Below, in pieces: positions 15,851 to 23,858 of a stretch of 31,969 bases of DNA. The first letter of the stretch is position 1; each line of letters begins with the position of its first letter. Origin of the DNA: Candidatus Omnitrophota bacterium (lineage in GTDB: Bacteria; Omnitrophota; Gorgyraeia; Aquiviventales; Aquiviventaceae); contig JAJDCC010000039.1 in the NCBI GenBank assembly GCA_029261015.1, forward strand, positions 1 to 31,969, read 5' to 3'. The position numbers and the translations under genes are program-made. The notes beneath the pieces were generated by a model. It was not told where the DNA came from and did no database searches. It saw only the letters and a list, made by a program, of their open reading frames with translations.

Positions 15851-16000
15851 TTACGGGCGCGTTTGAAAAGGAGCACGAATATTTTGGTACGCCGTATTGA
15901 GATCAACACCCATCAGTCCCATGACAGCTGCCACAGCTAAAGCAATGAATGCAATCAGCATGGCATATTCCACTATAGTCGCACCACGTCGGTTTCTCAT
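15851..16000 (-). CDS. flp: Flp family (Tad/type IVc) prepilin, 49 aa (not in ORF track)
   Basis: Manual translation MRNRRG|ATIVEYAMLIAFIALAVAAVMGLMGVDLNTAYQNIRAPFQTRP: basic leader, G|ATxxEY Flp motif (Glu+5, Tyr+6), hydrophobic helix. ATGA overlap with the upstream SDR stop. Confidence 0.9.
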   Translation of the reverse strand: MRNRRGATIVEYAMLIAFIALAVAAVMGLMGVDLNTAYQNIRAPFQTRP

Positions 16001-16818
16001 GAAAGTATTGTACCAAAGCCTTCCCTAAAGGTTGGATATTTAAATACATAACCCAGCTTTTTAATTTTTTGGTTAGAACAGCGCTTGTTCCCACTGGCGC
16101 GTGCACTGTCTTGCTTAGCAGACTCAGCTACGGTCACTCCAGCGCGCACCATCAACCATTTATAGAACTCATTTTTAGGAGTCGGCTGATCATCCACCCC
16201 CAAATACACCTCACCCGCCTGTCCTTTCTCAATAAGCAATCCTAAAATACCCACAATATCCTCAAGGTGAATTTGATTGATGTAATCTGTGGACTGTACA
16301 GAGGCGCGACCATTCTGTAATAAAGACACTCGATCACGCTGCGGGCCATAGATACCGCCCAAACGCAGCACCATCGTTTCAAATGGTGCCTGCAGCACCG
16401 CAGACTCTGCTTCTAATAAAATACGACTGCGTTCCTGGGCAGGTTGCGGGTCTGTGCTTTCATCAACCCATTCTCCGTCTTGCTGACTGTAAACACTTGT
16501 ACTGGATATCCAAATCAATCGTTTAGGGGGTTGCGACTGCAAAACATTAATGAGATTTTGAATACCCTGCACATAGTCACGGCCCTGATTCTCACGCCAA
16601 TTAGGAGGCACAGCCACAACAACCACTTCAGTATGCGGTAATTGAAGTGTCTCAGGTAGCAAGAGATCGGCGCAGATAGGCTCAACACCTAAAGCGCGAA
16701 TGGCGTCTGATTTGTCGGGATTACGCCGAAGTCCCCAAACAGGAATATGTTGTTGCGCAACGGACTGGGCAAAAGCCGATCCAACATAACCACAACCGAC
16801 AACAAGTAGACTTTTCAC
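15997..16818 (-). CDS. Atypical SDR / NAD-dependent epimerase family (YeeZ-like)
   Basis: LVVGCGYVG, ISSTSVY, DGEWVDE, LRLGGIYGP, NQIHLEDI, NKRCSNQKIKKLG..FKYPTFREG. Confidence 0.88.
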   Translation of the reverse strand: MKSLLVVGCGYVGSAFAQSVAQQHIPVWGLRRNPDKSDAIRALGVEPICADLLLPETLQLPHTEVVVVAVPPNWRENQGRDYVQGIQNLINVLQSQPPKRLIWISSTSVYSQQDGEWVDESTDPQPAQERSRILLEAESAVLQAPFETMVLRLGGIYGPQRDRVSLLQNGRASVQSTDYINQIHLEDIVGILGLLIEKGQAGEVYLGVDDQPTPKNEFYKWLMVRAGVTVAESAKQDSARASGNKRCSNQKIKKLGYVFKYPTFREGFGTILS

Positions 16819-17567
16819 TGGAACTTAAAGGAGGGGTCTTCAATGATTCCAACAAAAATCGGTACCAATTCTTCATACTCAGCGGCGGGACATTCAAATA
16901 AGATTTCAGAGAAGTAATTCTCACCAAAGACGCTGATGCGTAAGGTGCTCACCGGATAGCCCCCTTCAATAGGAGAAAAAAGCCACGCAGAGAAAAAACC
17001 GGTACGCTCGCCTACTGGAACTTTTTTAGCAGACAACAATTTCAGCTGCCCCTCGCTCGCCAACTCTAAGGCCGTTAACCACTGGTTTGCCGCTTGCTTA
17101 GGGTTGGAAAAATCAATCCAGGACAAATTTTCTAAGGTTTCTGGCGAAGATTGCGTGAGGTGAATGCCTGCTAGATAAGGATCATCCATAGCCGTAACAG
17201 GTTCGCGTGTGATGAAAATATGACCACCTTGCTGGGTGTCTGATTGCCAGGTATTCCACCCTTCGGGGTACTTGATGTGAATCCCCTGTGCTTCATCTTC
17301 AAAAACGCTGTATGCAAAACCAGGATCGTACGGCTCAAGTTCATCCGCCACCTGTTGGGCCAAATCCGAAGAAATACTTGAGGACACAACTCCGGGAGCA
17401 ACGGCTTCAGGAATCGCTGCTTGCTCTTCAATCGCTCCAGGCTCTTCAGTTGCATCTACCACAGGTTGTTGAACTTCTTGCGCAGATACCGTGACATTGG
17501 GGACACATAACAACAGTCCCACAGCCACAACCTTAATCCCCCTAAAAGATCGAAGCAATTGATTCAT
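16815..17567 (-). CDS. Exported hypothetical protein, possible PsbP/DcrB-like C-terminal domain
   Basis: Signal peptide ending VSA|QE, acidic low-complexity linker, IHIKYPEGW motif, C-terminal F..I..SFKF-like ending. Confidence 0.55.
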   Translation of the reverse strand: MNQLLRSFRGIKVVAVGLLLCVPNVTVSAQEVQQPVVDATEEPGAIEEQAAIPEAVAPGVVSSSISSDLAQQVADELEPYDPGFAYSVFEDEAQGIHIKYPEGWNTWQSDTQQGGHIFITREPVTAMDDPYLAGIHLTQSSPETLENLSWIDFSNPKQAANQWLTALELASEGQLKLLSAKKVPVGERTGFFSAWLFSPIEGGYPVSTLRISVFGENYFSEILFECPAAEYEELVPIFVGIIEDPSFKFQ

Positions 17568-17969
17568 TTATGCAGTATTGTACCAGGTTCCCGGCTTGGG
17601 TTGGCCTTGCAGAAATTGAAAAACCTCATTGAACTTGCCTTCAAAACGAAATCCACGGTCATCAATGTACAAACTCGCGGGCGGCTTTATATGTGTGATC
17701 CGAATATTTTCCATACAAAACCCATGCATCTCCATCCACTGCCTGATGCCATCGACGCCTAATGGGTCTAAGGCCCGACAACTTGAAATCACAACACGAT
17801 ACCCGCGATCTTTGAGTTGTTTCAAAAATGCTTGTGCCCCCTGAATCGGTGGATCCTCAGGCATAGGGCCTGTCCATCCCTGCGTGAAAGAATGCAACAC
17901 TCCATCAAAATCAACACAAATGGTACGGTCAAAAGCGTCTATATCTTCCTGTGTGAATCGATGTTCCAT
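17568..17969 (-). CDS. Small capless HAD-superfamily hydrolase
   Basis: ICVDFDGVLH (motif I), VVISSCR (II), KPPA (III), YIDDRG (IV) in 133 aa. Confidence 0.85.
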   Translation of the reverse strand: MEHRFTQEDIDAFDRTICVDFDGVLHSFTQGWTGPMPEDPPIQGAQAFLKQLKDRGYRVVISSCRALDPLGVDGIRQWMEMHGFCMENIRITHIKPPASLYIDDRGFRFEGKFNEVFQFLQGQPKPGTWYNTA

Positions 17970-17981
17970 TCAATTCAAGCC

Positions 17982-18410
17982 TCACGCACACCCTGGGTAA
18001 CCATCATGAAACACAACAGGCACTTCAAGCTCTAAATAAGGGGCATCAAACGCTTTTGGCAACGGACCAAATGGAGCTGCCTGATGAACAATTCGCATGA
18101 CTTCGGATTCAATCTCCTGATAACCCGAAGACTGCAAAAAACGGACATCCCGAATAGCTCCATAGCGATTCACTGAAATCACCACCGTAGTGCTCACATC
18201 CACTTCAACAGCCAATTGATGCCTACGTGCCTGTTCAGCAATCTTACGGTGCACATTTTTCACATAATCATCCAACTCATCGCGCAAACCTTCGCTGGCC
18301 TGAGCTACTGAAGGACGTAAAACAGAAACGGTTGCCCCAAAAAAACCTGGAGCAACAACCATAAGACCCGCAAGGGTAATCCACCGAAAGAGTGTTGTTT
18401 TTGCTTTCAT
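17982..18410 (-). CDS. Stand-alone TonB/TolA C-terminal domain protein with N-terminal signal/TM
   Basis: VVISVNRYGAI.DV....SSG...IESEVMRIVHQAAPFGPLP pattern. Hydrophobic N-terminus. Confidence 0.8.
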   Translation of the reverse strand: MKAKTTLFRWITLAGLMVVAPGFFGATVSVLRPSVAQASEGLRDELDDYVKNVHRKIAEQARRHQLAVEVDVSTTVVISVNRYGAIRDVRFLQSSGYQEIESEVMRIVHQAAPFGPLPKAFDAPYLELEVPVVFHDGYPGCA

Positions 18411-18422
18411 GCCATATCCTTG

Positions 18423-19361
18423 TTACGGATTAATTCCCACGTCAATCACTATAGGCCTATGGTCCGACCCTATATGAGATCCATTCCTACGATCATACAC
18501 CACCACGCCATCAGATACCAGACAATGATCAATGGTAATGCCTAAACCGCGGAGAGCGTGTGGCCATGTTGGCAGACGCCCAAAACCCGCACGTGAATCA
18601 CGAAGTTGACTGACCTCAATCAGTTCTTTGAAATGTGGGGACCAAGACGTCAAATTAAAATCCCCCATCACAATCACCGGTTGTGTTTGTTGGCCAACCC
18701 ACTCAGCCACAAATTTTAATTGTTGATTACGCTCGGCTGCAAAAGCAGGCACCAGGGGCGCGGGAGGATGAATACCCAATAAGGACCAAGACTTTCCTTG
18801 ATGATTGAACCGCGCAGATACAGACCAAACACTGCTTTCAAGAAACTGAAAGACTCTCACTTCTTCCCAAGGGATACGACTGAATATCCCTATCCCTAAA
18901 CCATCTTTACGTGCATAAACTTCATGGTAAGGGTATGCAGATTCTAAGCTTTTCAGTTTTTCTTTCCACACATAATCGATTTCAATCACCAAAACAATAT
19001 CAGGATTCTCTTTCAAAATGGTTTCCTTAACCCATCCATACCACGTATTTCCTTGTAAAACATTCGCACTCATTAAGCGATAATCAGGCTTGCCTTCAGG
19101 CGCTGGATAAACTGCCGGATAAGACGGAAATACGGCCGCGCTGTTGATACCCAAAAGAAGGCCTGCCACAATAAGCCAACGTTTACGCTTGAATAAAAGA
19201 GCAATCAACAGTGCTGAACCAAAAACCAGTGAATAGTGCATCCTAAAATTACACAATAATTCAAAAAACCAAGATTCCTGAGCCCAAAAAGCAGCAATAC
19301 TTGCCAAACCTGTCAGTATCAATAAAAACTGCCCCACACGACCTATCCAACGTATTTTCAT
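18423..19361 (-). CDS. Membrane-anchored endonuclease/exonuclease/phosphatase (EEP) family protein
   Basis: Three N-terminal TMs, SANV, DIVLVIE, GIHP, VMGDFN, IDHCL, GSDHRP; catalytic set intact. ATGA overlap at 19358-19361. Confidence 0.88.
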   Translation of the reverse strand: MKIRWIGRVGQFLLILTGLASIAAFWAQESWFFELLCNFRMHYSLVFGSALLIALLFKRKRWLIVAGLLLGINSAAVFPSYPAVYPAPEGKPDYRLMSANVLQGNTWYGWVKETILKENPDIVLVIEIDYVWKEKLKSLESAYPYHEVYARKDGLGIGIFSRIPWEEVRVFQFLESSVWSVSARFNHQGKSWSLLGIHPPAPLVPAFAAERNQQLKFVAEWVGQQTQPVIVMGDFNLTSWSPHFKELIEVSQLRDSRAGFGRLPTWPHALRGLGITIDHCLVSDGVVVYDRRNGSHIGSDHRPIVIDVGINP

Positions 19362-20632
19362 AGAGTGCCTTCGTCGGCCAACCAACTCACAACATGCGGA
19401 CTCATCAAATCAGGATCCAACCGCAGTGCAGCGCGAATCATTGCCTTAGCTTGTTCTCGATCGCCTAACTCTTCATAAGTGATACCCAAATGGTACTTAA
19501 TTTGCGCTGACCGTGGAATTTTTTCACTCAGCTCTTCTAATATCGGCAGTGCTTGTGCATAGTGCTTCAACGCCACCCAATTCAACGCTAAAGCCTCCTT
19601 CAAACTCAGATCCTGAGGACGATCCAATAAAGCCGCTTGATTGTGTTTTAAGGCCAATCGATGATCAGAATACCCTTCCCCAAAAACACCTAAGTAAATC
19701 AAACCCAATTGATTATGCGCAACTGAATTCGTGACATCTAAGCGAATGGCTTTTTCAAATGCCTTAATCGCTTCAATCACATTGCGCTCTAATAAAGCCA
19801 CTTCACCCTGATGGTTGAAATACTCCACACTATTGGGTTTTGCTAATTGCATAGCCTGTGTATACGCCCGTACCGCTTCAGGAGCACGATGCCAATCTTC
19901 ATAGAGCCGCCCTAAGTTTTGAAAGATGAGGCGACGCTGATCTGTTTCATCTGGATGCAACTCGTCTAAAGCCCGCTGAAACGCATATTCTGATTTGACA
20001 TACTCTCCATGTTCTAAAAAGTAAATGGCTCGTTGAAACGCGTCTGCAGCTTGCGCATAAGGATAAACAAATGGTACTTGTGCCGGCTCAAAAAAGACAG
20101 TTCCCATCATGAGGGGGACAAAAATAAAACACAAGGCGCTGCGCAAAGGGGCTGTACGCTGCAATCGCATCACCGAGAGATAACTGATGGCCACTGCCGC
20201 GACACCCGCAAGTGACATACCAATCCAGCCCAGACGAGCCAGTAGAAAAGAGGGCGGCATCGGAATTTGCAACTCTTCCATAATCCACAAAAAAAGCATT
20301 CCGCTAACCACAAAAAGGTACAAAGGTGCCCATGCATACAAATTGAGCAGCTGAGAGGTTTTAAAAAAACCATTCCCTCCAGAAAAAAGCACCGCCAAGT
20401 GATACAGCATGCCACCTACCCAATACTGCACTACACCCAGAACAGCCCCACCCACCAACACGCCCATCCACAAAGGTTCAGGCTGCCCCCAAGGAAAAAA
20501 CCAGGAGAGAACATCCACCCAACGAGAGAGTATCGACAAACTGCAAATCCCCATGCACCACACCATGAAAGTAAAACCCCAGGGGCGCTGGTCTTCAATG
20601 CGTTCTAGGAAGGAATCAAATAGATTTGCCAC
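19358..20632 (-). CDS. Yip1-like multi-TM domain fused to TPR repeats
   Basis: About five N-terminal TMs with the G..YHLAVLFSGG.G and YAWAP pattern. C-terminal TPR patterns (AFEKAIRLD...AHNQLG, IKYHLGITYEELG...AK..IRAALRLDP). Confidence 0.7.
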   Translation of the reverse strand: MANLFDSFLERIEDQRPWGFTFMVWCMGICSLSILSRWVDVLSWFFPWGQPEPLWMGVLVGGAVLGVVQYWVGGMLYHLAVLFSGGNGFFKTSQLLNLYAWAPLYLFVVSGMLFLWIMEELQIPMPPSFLLARLGWIGMSLAGVAAVAISYLSVMRLQRTAPLRSALCFIFVPLMMGTVFFEPAQVPFVYPYAQAADAFQRAIYFLEHGEYVKSEYAFQRALDELHPDETDQRRLIFQNLGRLYEDWHRAPEAVRAYTQAMQLAKPNSVEYFNHQGEVALLERNVIEAIKAFEKAIRLDVTNSVAHNQLGLIYLGVFGEGYSDHRLALKHNQAALLDRPQDLSLKEALALNWVALKHYAQALPILEELSEKIPRSAQIKYHLGITYEELGDREQAKAMIRAALRLDPDLMSPHVVSWLADEGTL

Positions 20633-20640
20633 AGCAAAAC

Positions 20641-20958
20641 CTACTCTTTGTCTTCAGGAGGTTTTTTCTTAGAATCAGAGGGTTTATCTTTACGGGCTTG
20701 ATCAAAAATTATCGCTTGTCCGACCATATAGGCATCTTCTTGAAGTTGGTTAAACTTGCGAACCCACACCTCAAAAAACTCCAAATTGTCTTCGATCCAT
20801 TTCTCATCAATGCGTGCTGATACCCACAACTTTGTATCACAATCAGGGCAACGCACTTCGACCGATTCTTTCATCATGCCTTCAAGATCATCAATCGGTA
20901 AAAAGAATTGCCGCGAACACTCACTGCAATCGAGTTTCGTTGCGACACAAACAATCAT
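20641..20958 (-). CDS. Hypothetical Zn-ribbon protein
   Basis: CSEC...CPDC pairs, acidic body and Lys-rich tail. ATG at 20958 has SD GGAGG. Confidence 0.6.
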   Translation of the reverse strand: MIVCVATKLDCSECSRQFFLPIDDLEGMMKESVEVRCPDCDTKLWVSARIDEKWIEDNLEFFEVWVRKFNQLQEDAYMVGQAIIFDQARKDKPSDSKKKPPEDKE

Positions 20959-20977
20959 ACTGTCCTCCGATGCCCTG

Positions 20978-21859
20978 TCAGTGAACCATTGCTGGAGGCA
21001 GATGCTTATTGAGTATCTGCTCCAACACATCTGACGCTAACTGCCCCGTTGCGACTTGCGTGACTTCACCGATCATATGAACTTGTCCATCATCCTGAAT
21101 TTCAATAGCCAGCTCACCCCCTGGCATATGCACAGTCATTTGGGCATCAACCAAACCCAGTTTATAAGCCACGCTTGCTGCTGCACAAGAACTACTCCCT
21201 GATGCCAAAGTATAGCCTGCACCCCGCTCCCAAATTTCGATTTGAATGGCGTTACGGTTCAGCACCTTCAACAGTTGCATGTTGATTCGATTCGGAAACT
21301 GGGCATGATGCTCAATTTCAGGGCCATACTCACAAGCCAATTCTTTAGAAATCTCACCCAAAGGCACCACACAATGCGGATTGCCAATCGACACACAAGT
21401 TACGGTTAACTCACGACCACAAACCACTAAACCTTCTTCGATGACATTTCGACTTTTACCCGCTACCGGAATTTGATCACTTTGAAAAGTCACGGTTCCC
21501 ATGGCCACTTTAATCCGCTTCGCTTGCTTATCCAAATACTCAACATGAACCGTACCCCCTAAGGTATCCAATTCAAAAGTCGTGGCTTTTACATAGCCTG
21601 CATCAAATAAAAAACGCGAAAAGATGCGAATACCATTTCCACTTTTTTCAGCCTCACTGCCATCGGGGTTATAAATTTTAAGCGACATGCGCCCATCTTG
21701 GATGAAAGGCCCATGCAAAATACCGTCTGAGCCCACACCATAATTTCGGTGACAGATTAACTGCACCGCTTCTGAGGTCATTTCTAAATCGGTTTTATTT
21801 GGATCAATCACTAGGTAATCATTACCCAGTCCATGGTATTTGTGAAATGTTACGTTCAT
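20978..21859 (-). CDS. dapF: Diaminopimelate epimerase (DapF)-like protein with Ser/Ser active site
   Basis: FHKYHGLGNDY, GVGSDG, NPDGSEAE, SIGNPH, FPNRINMQ, IWERGAGYTLA, VHMPGGEL. Both catalytic Cys positions read Ser. Confidence 0.85.
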   Translation of the reverse strand: MNVTFHKYHGLGNDYLVIDPNKTDLEMTSEAVQLICHRNYGVGSDGILHGPFIQDGRMSLKIYNPDGSEAEKSGNGIRIFSRFLFDAGYVKATTFELDTLGGTVHVEYLDKQAKRIKVAMGTVTFQSDQIPVAGKSRNVIEEGLVVCGRELTVTCVSIGNPHCVVPLGEISKELACEYGPEIEHHAQFPNRINMQLLKVLNRNAIQIEIWERGAGYTLASGSSSCAAASVAYKLGLVDAQMTVHMPGGELAIEIQDDGQVHMIGEVTQVATGQLASDVLEQILNKHLPPAMVH

Positions 21860-21868
21860 CTTTCCCTT

Positions 21869-22237
21869 TTAAATTGCGAGGGCTAACAGCACACTAAATC
21901 CCATAGCAACGGCGCCCCACAGTCGATAAAACTTTAACTCTAGTTGATCCCACCAACGGACCACTCCCAACAATTGCTCTCGTGGTGCAATCAATAAATA
22001 CAATCCTTTAATGCCAGTCATGACACCCAAAACCGCAATCAAACCTGACCAACGGGTTTCAGGCGCGGCTAAGAGCAACCCCAGCCCCATCACAATCGTA
22101 AACAGCGCCCATCCTCGATGCGATTTGTCTTTCAATAACAAATCTGCCATCAACTTACCCTGTTTGGGCACCAGGACCAACAAAACACCCATAAGCCCCG
22201 AATAAAGACTCAATCCAATGACCAGAAAACGAATCAT
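21869..22237 (-). CDS. Small 4-TM membrane protein (DUF2065-like)
   Basis: Four hydrophobic segments, G..L.L.P near the N-terminus and R..G near the C-terminus. Family call is tentative. Confidence 0.55.
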   Translation of the reverse strand: MIRFLVIGLSLYSGLMGVLLVLVPKQGKLMADLLLKDKSHRGWALFTIVMGLGLLLAAPETRWSGLIAVLGVMTGIKGLYLLIAPREQLLGVVRWWDQLELKFYRLWGAVAMGFSVLLALAI

Positions 22238-22545
22238 ACGGTTTGTGCATCCTCAGTCCACGAAACATGGCAGGCATGACATTTGGATTGCTTAAGCGAA
22301 ATCCCTAACAAAACTCGACACCGCGGACACCGCCAATTCATTGTCGATGCCCCCACAATCAAAACAGCCGGAAGGATAAAAGGCAGCAGCCATAAAAGCG
22401 CCGCATAACCTCGGTAGGTAACAAAACTGATCATCAGCGGAACCATCACAACCAATGGAAAGAAATACAAAATCAACAACACATTGAGCCGAATTTGCCG
22501 GCGCCGCTTCCGATAAAAAACTTCCGCCAAATCTATTTGGGCCAT
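22234..22545 (-). CDS. Small 2-TM membrane protein with C-terminal Zn ribbon
   Basis: Two hydrophobic helices then WRCPRC...KCHACH. ATG at 22545 overlaps the upstream TGA. Confidence 0.6.
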   Translation of the reverse strand: MAQIDLAEVFYRKRRRQIRLNVLLILYFFPLVVMVPLMISFVTYRGYAALLWLLPFILPAVLIVGASTMNWRCPRCRVLLGISLKQSKCHACHVSWTEDAQTV

Positions 22546-23090
22546 CACCAACTGAAAGTTGGCCTCGGAGCCTCAGACGCTGGTGAGGCTATGGTCGATG
22601 TTACCGAAGCCGTGGTTGTTTCTTCTATTTTCTCGACCTCATAGGCGCTTACATCAAATAAGCTCCACTTACTTCGATAAGAGCGTTCTAACTCATCTGT
22701 AAAAAATCCGGAAATTTTAGCATTACCGGTTACCTGACATTCTTTCAAAGTATTGGCAACTCGTGATGCAGGGATCCACATCCGCGTACTCTTACCTGGC
22801 GCTAATGTATGGGGCAAAGCACTGTCACCACTCGGTTTGAGAAATACAAAATCACGCCCATCCACTAAATGGATTCCCATAGACGAGAGTGATGCTGGCG
22901 TTTTACCAATATTCGAGGCTGCCAAAATCAACATAGGCTTCTCAGCATTGCTTCCCTGATTCAAAAAACCCAAATTCACTTTGACCGTTAACCTTGGGCG
23001 ATTCGAAATCCGCTCTGCAAATAATAAATATGTGGCTAACACCGCCCCATAAACCGCAACTAATCCGATCAACCCTAAAGTCCAAGACAT
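22545..23090 (-). CDS. Hypothetical protein, N-terminal TM plus beta-rich soluble domain
   Basis: 181-aa ORF with SD AGGGGA, N-terminal hydrophobic helix, and a predicted beta-sandwich-like body (RPRLTVKV, SNIGK.PA, LP..L.PG). Confidence 0.6.
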   Translation of the reverse strand: MSWTLGLIGLVAVYGAVLATYLLFAERISNRPRLTVKVNLGFLNQGSNAEKPMLILAASNIGKTPASLSSMGIHLVDGRDFVFLKPSGDSALPHTLAPGKSTRMWIPASRVANTLKECQVTGNAKISGFFTDELERSYRSKWSLFDVSAYEVEKIEETTTASVTSTIASPASEAPRPTFSW

Positions 23091-23129
23091 GAGCTCTTCC
23101 CCCTTTTGTGCCTACCAGCAGCTGCGTTT

Positions 23130-23294
23130 CTACAAATCACGAAACTCAGCGTTAATCGTCTCCGCTTCTTGCTGCGCAGCCTTTTGCTTTTTTGCTGATT
23201 TAGGCCGAGCCTGATTCAAACCAGATTGCTTCCCTGCAAGAAAACCTGAATACCAACAAAATCCTAGAATAAAAAGTAAAGTAATGCCTGACAT
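23130..23294 (-). CDS. Small single-TM hypothetical protein, 54 aa (not in ORF track)
   Basis: Manual translation MSGITLLFILGFCWYSGFLAGKQSGLNQARPKSAKKQKAAQQEAETINAEFRDL; fills the gap between co-oriented genes. Confidence 0.55.
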   Translation of the reverse strand: MSGITLLFILGFCWYSGFLAGKQSGLNQARPKSAKKQKAAQQEAETINAEFRDL

Positions 23295-23303
23295 GCCACC
23301 ATT

Positions 23304-23858
23304 CTAAGGCATTTTGGCAGGATCTCTAACCCCAAAATCGCGCCGCACCTTAGGCTGCAGCAGATAAAGACTGATTATCAGCGGCATCACCCCTCCTGCT
23401 ACCACACAAAAGAAGAGCACCAAAGACACCGTTTGTTGCTGCATACGGTCTTTACTCGCCTGTAGGGATTGCTGAATCTCATCAGGCGTTTGCCCTGCAT
23501 AACCTGCCCCTTCAAAAGCCTCCGGATTATCTTCAACCACTGTCGAGATGTCAAAAGCAAAGAGTTTTTGTCCCACCCGCTCATGCACAAGTGGTTTTAA
23601 ATAAGGCTGCATCCACACAAACATACCCACTAGAGCTATCTGAGCCACCAAAAACCCGATATAAGCCCACCGCCTACGCTGAAACAGCATCAAAGCCAAA
23701 ACAGCCAAAACAGGCAACAAAATACCCAAAACACAAATATGGTGTGTGGGCATCAGCCCTGCTTTCTGAGGCAAAAGATAAAAACCCAACCCGCCTACCA
23801 ACACACTCCACCAACAGAAAATAGTGATCCAGGGATCTTTGGTTTGAACCGTTTTCAT
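23304..23858 (-). CDS. Hypothetical 4-TM membrane protein
   Basis: Three N-terminal hydrophobic segments, a polar loop, one more TM and a YLLQPKVRRDF ending. ATGA overlap with the amine oxidase stop. Confidence 0.6.
   Translation of the reverse strand: MKTVQTKDPWITIFCWWSVLVGGLGFYLLPQKAGLMPTHHICVLGILLPVLAVLALMLFQRRRWAYIGFLVAQIALVGMFVWMQPYLKPLVHERVGQKLFAFDISTVVEDNPEAFEGAGYAGQTPDEIQQSLQASKDRMQQQTVSLVLFFCVVAGGVMPLIISLYLLQPKVRRDFGVRDPAKMP

Noticed and set aside
15903-16106. 67-aa Cys/His-rich minus-strand ORF
   Set aside because: Alternative frame overlapping the SDR 3' end and the Flp pilin. The pilin frame has a clear family motif and ATGA coupling.
15997-16818. SDR lacks the YxxxK catalytic motif
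   Set aside because: This is normal for the atypical YeeZ-like SDR subgroup, so it is not counted as a remodelled active site.
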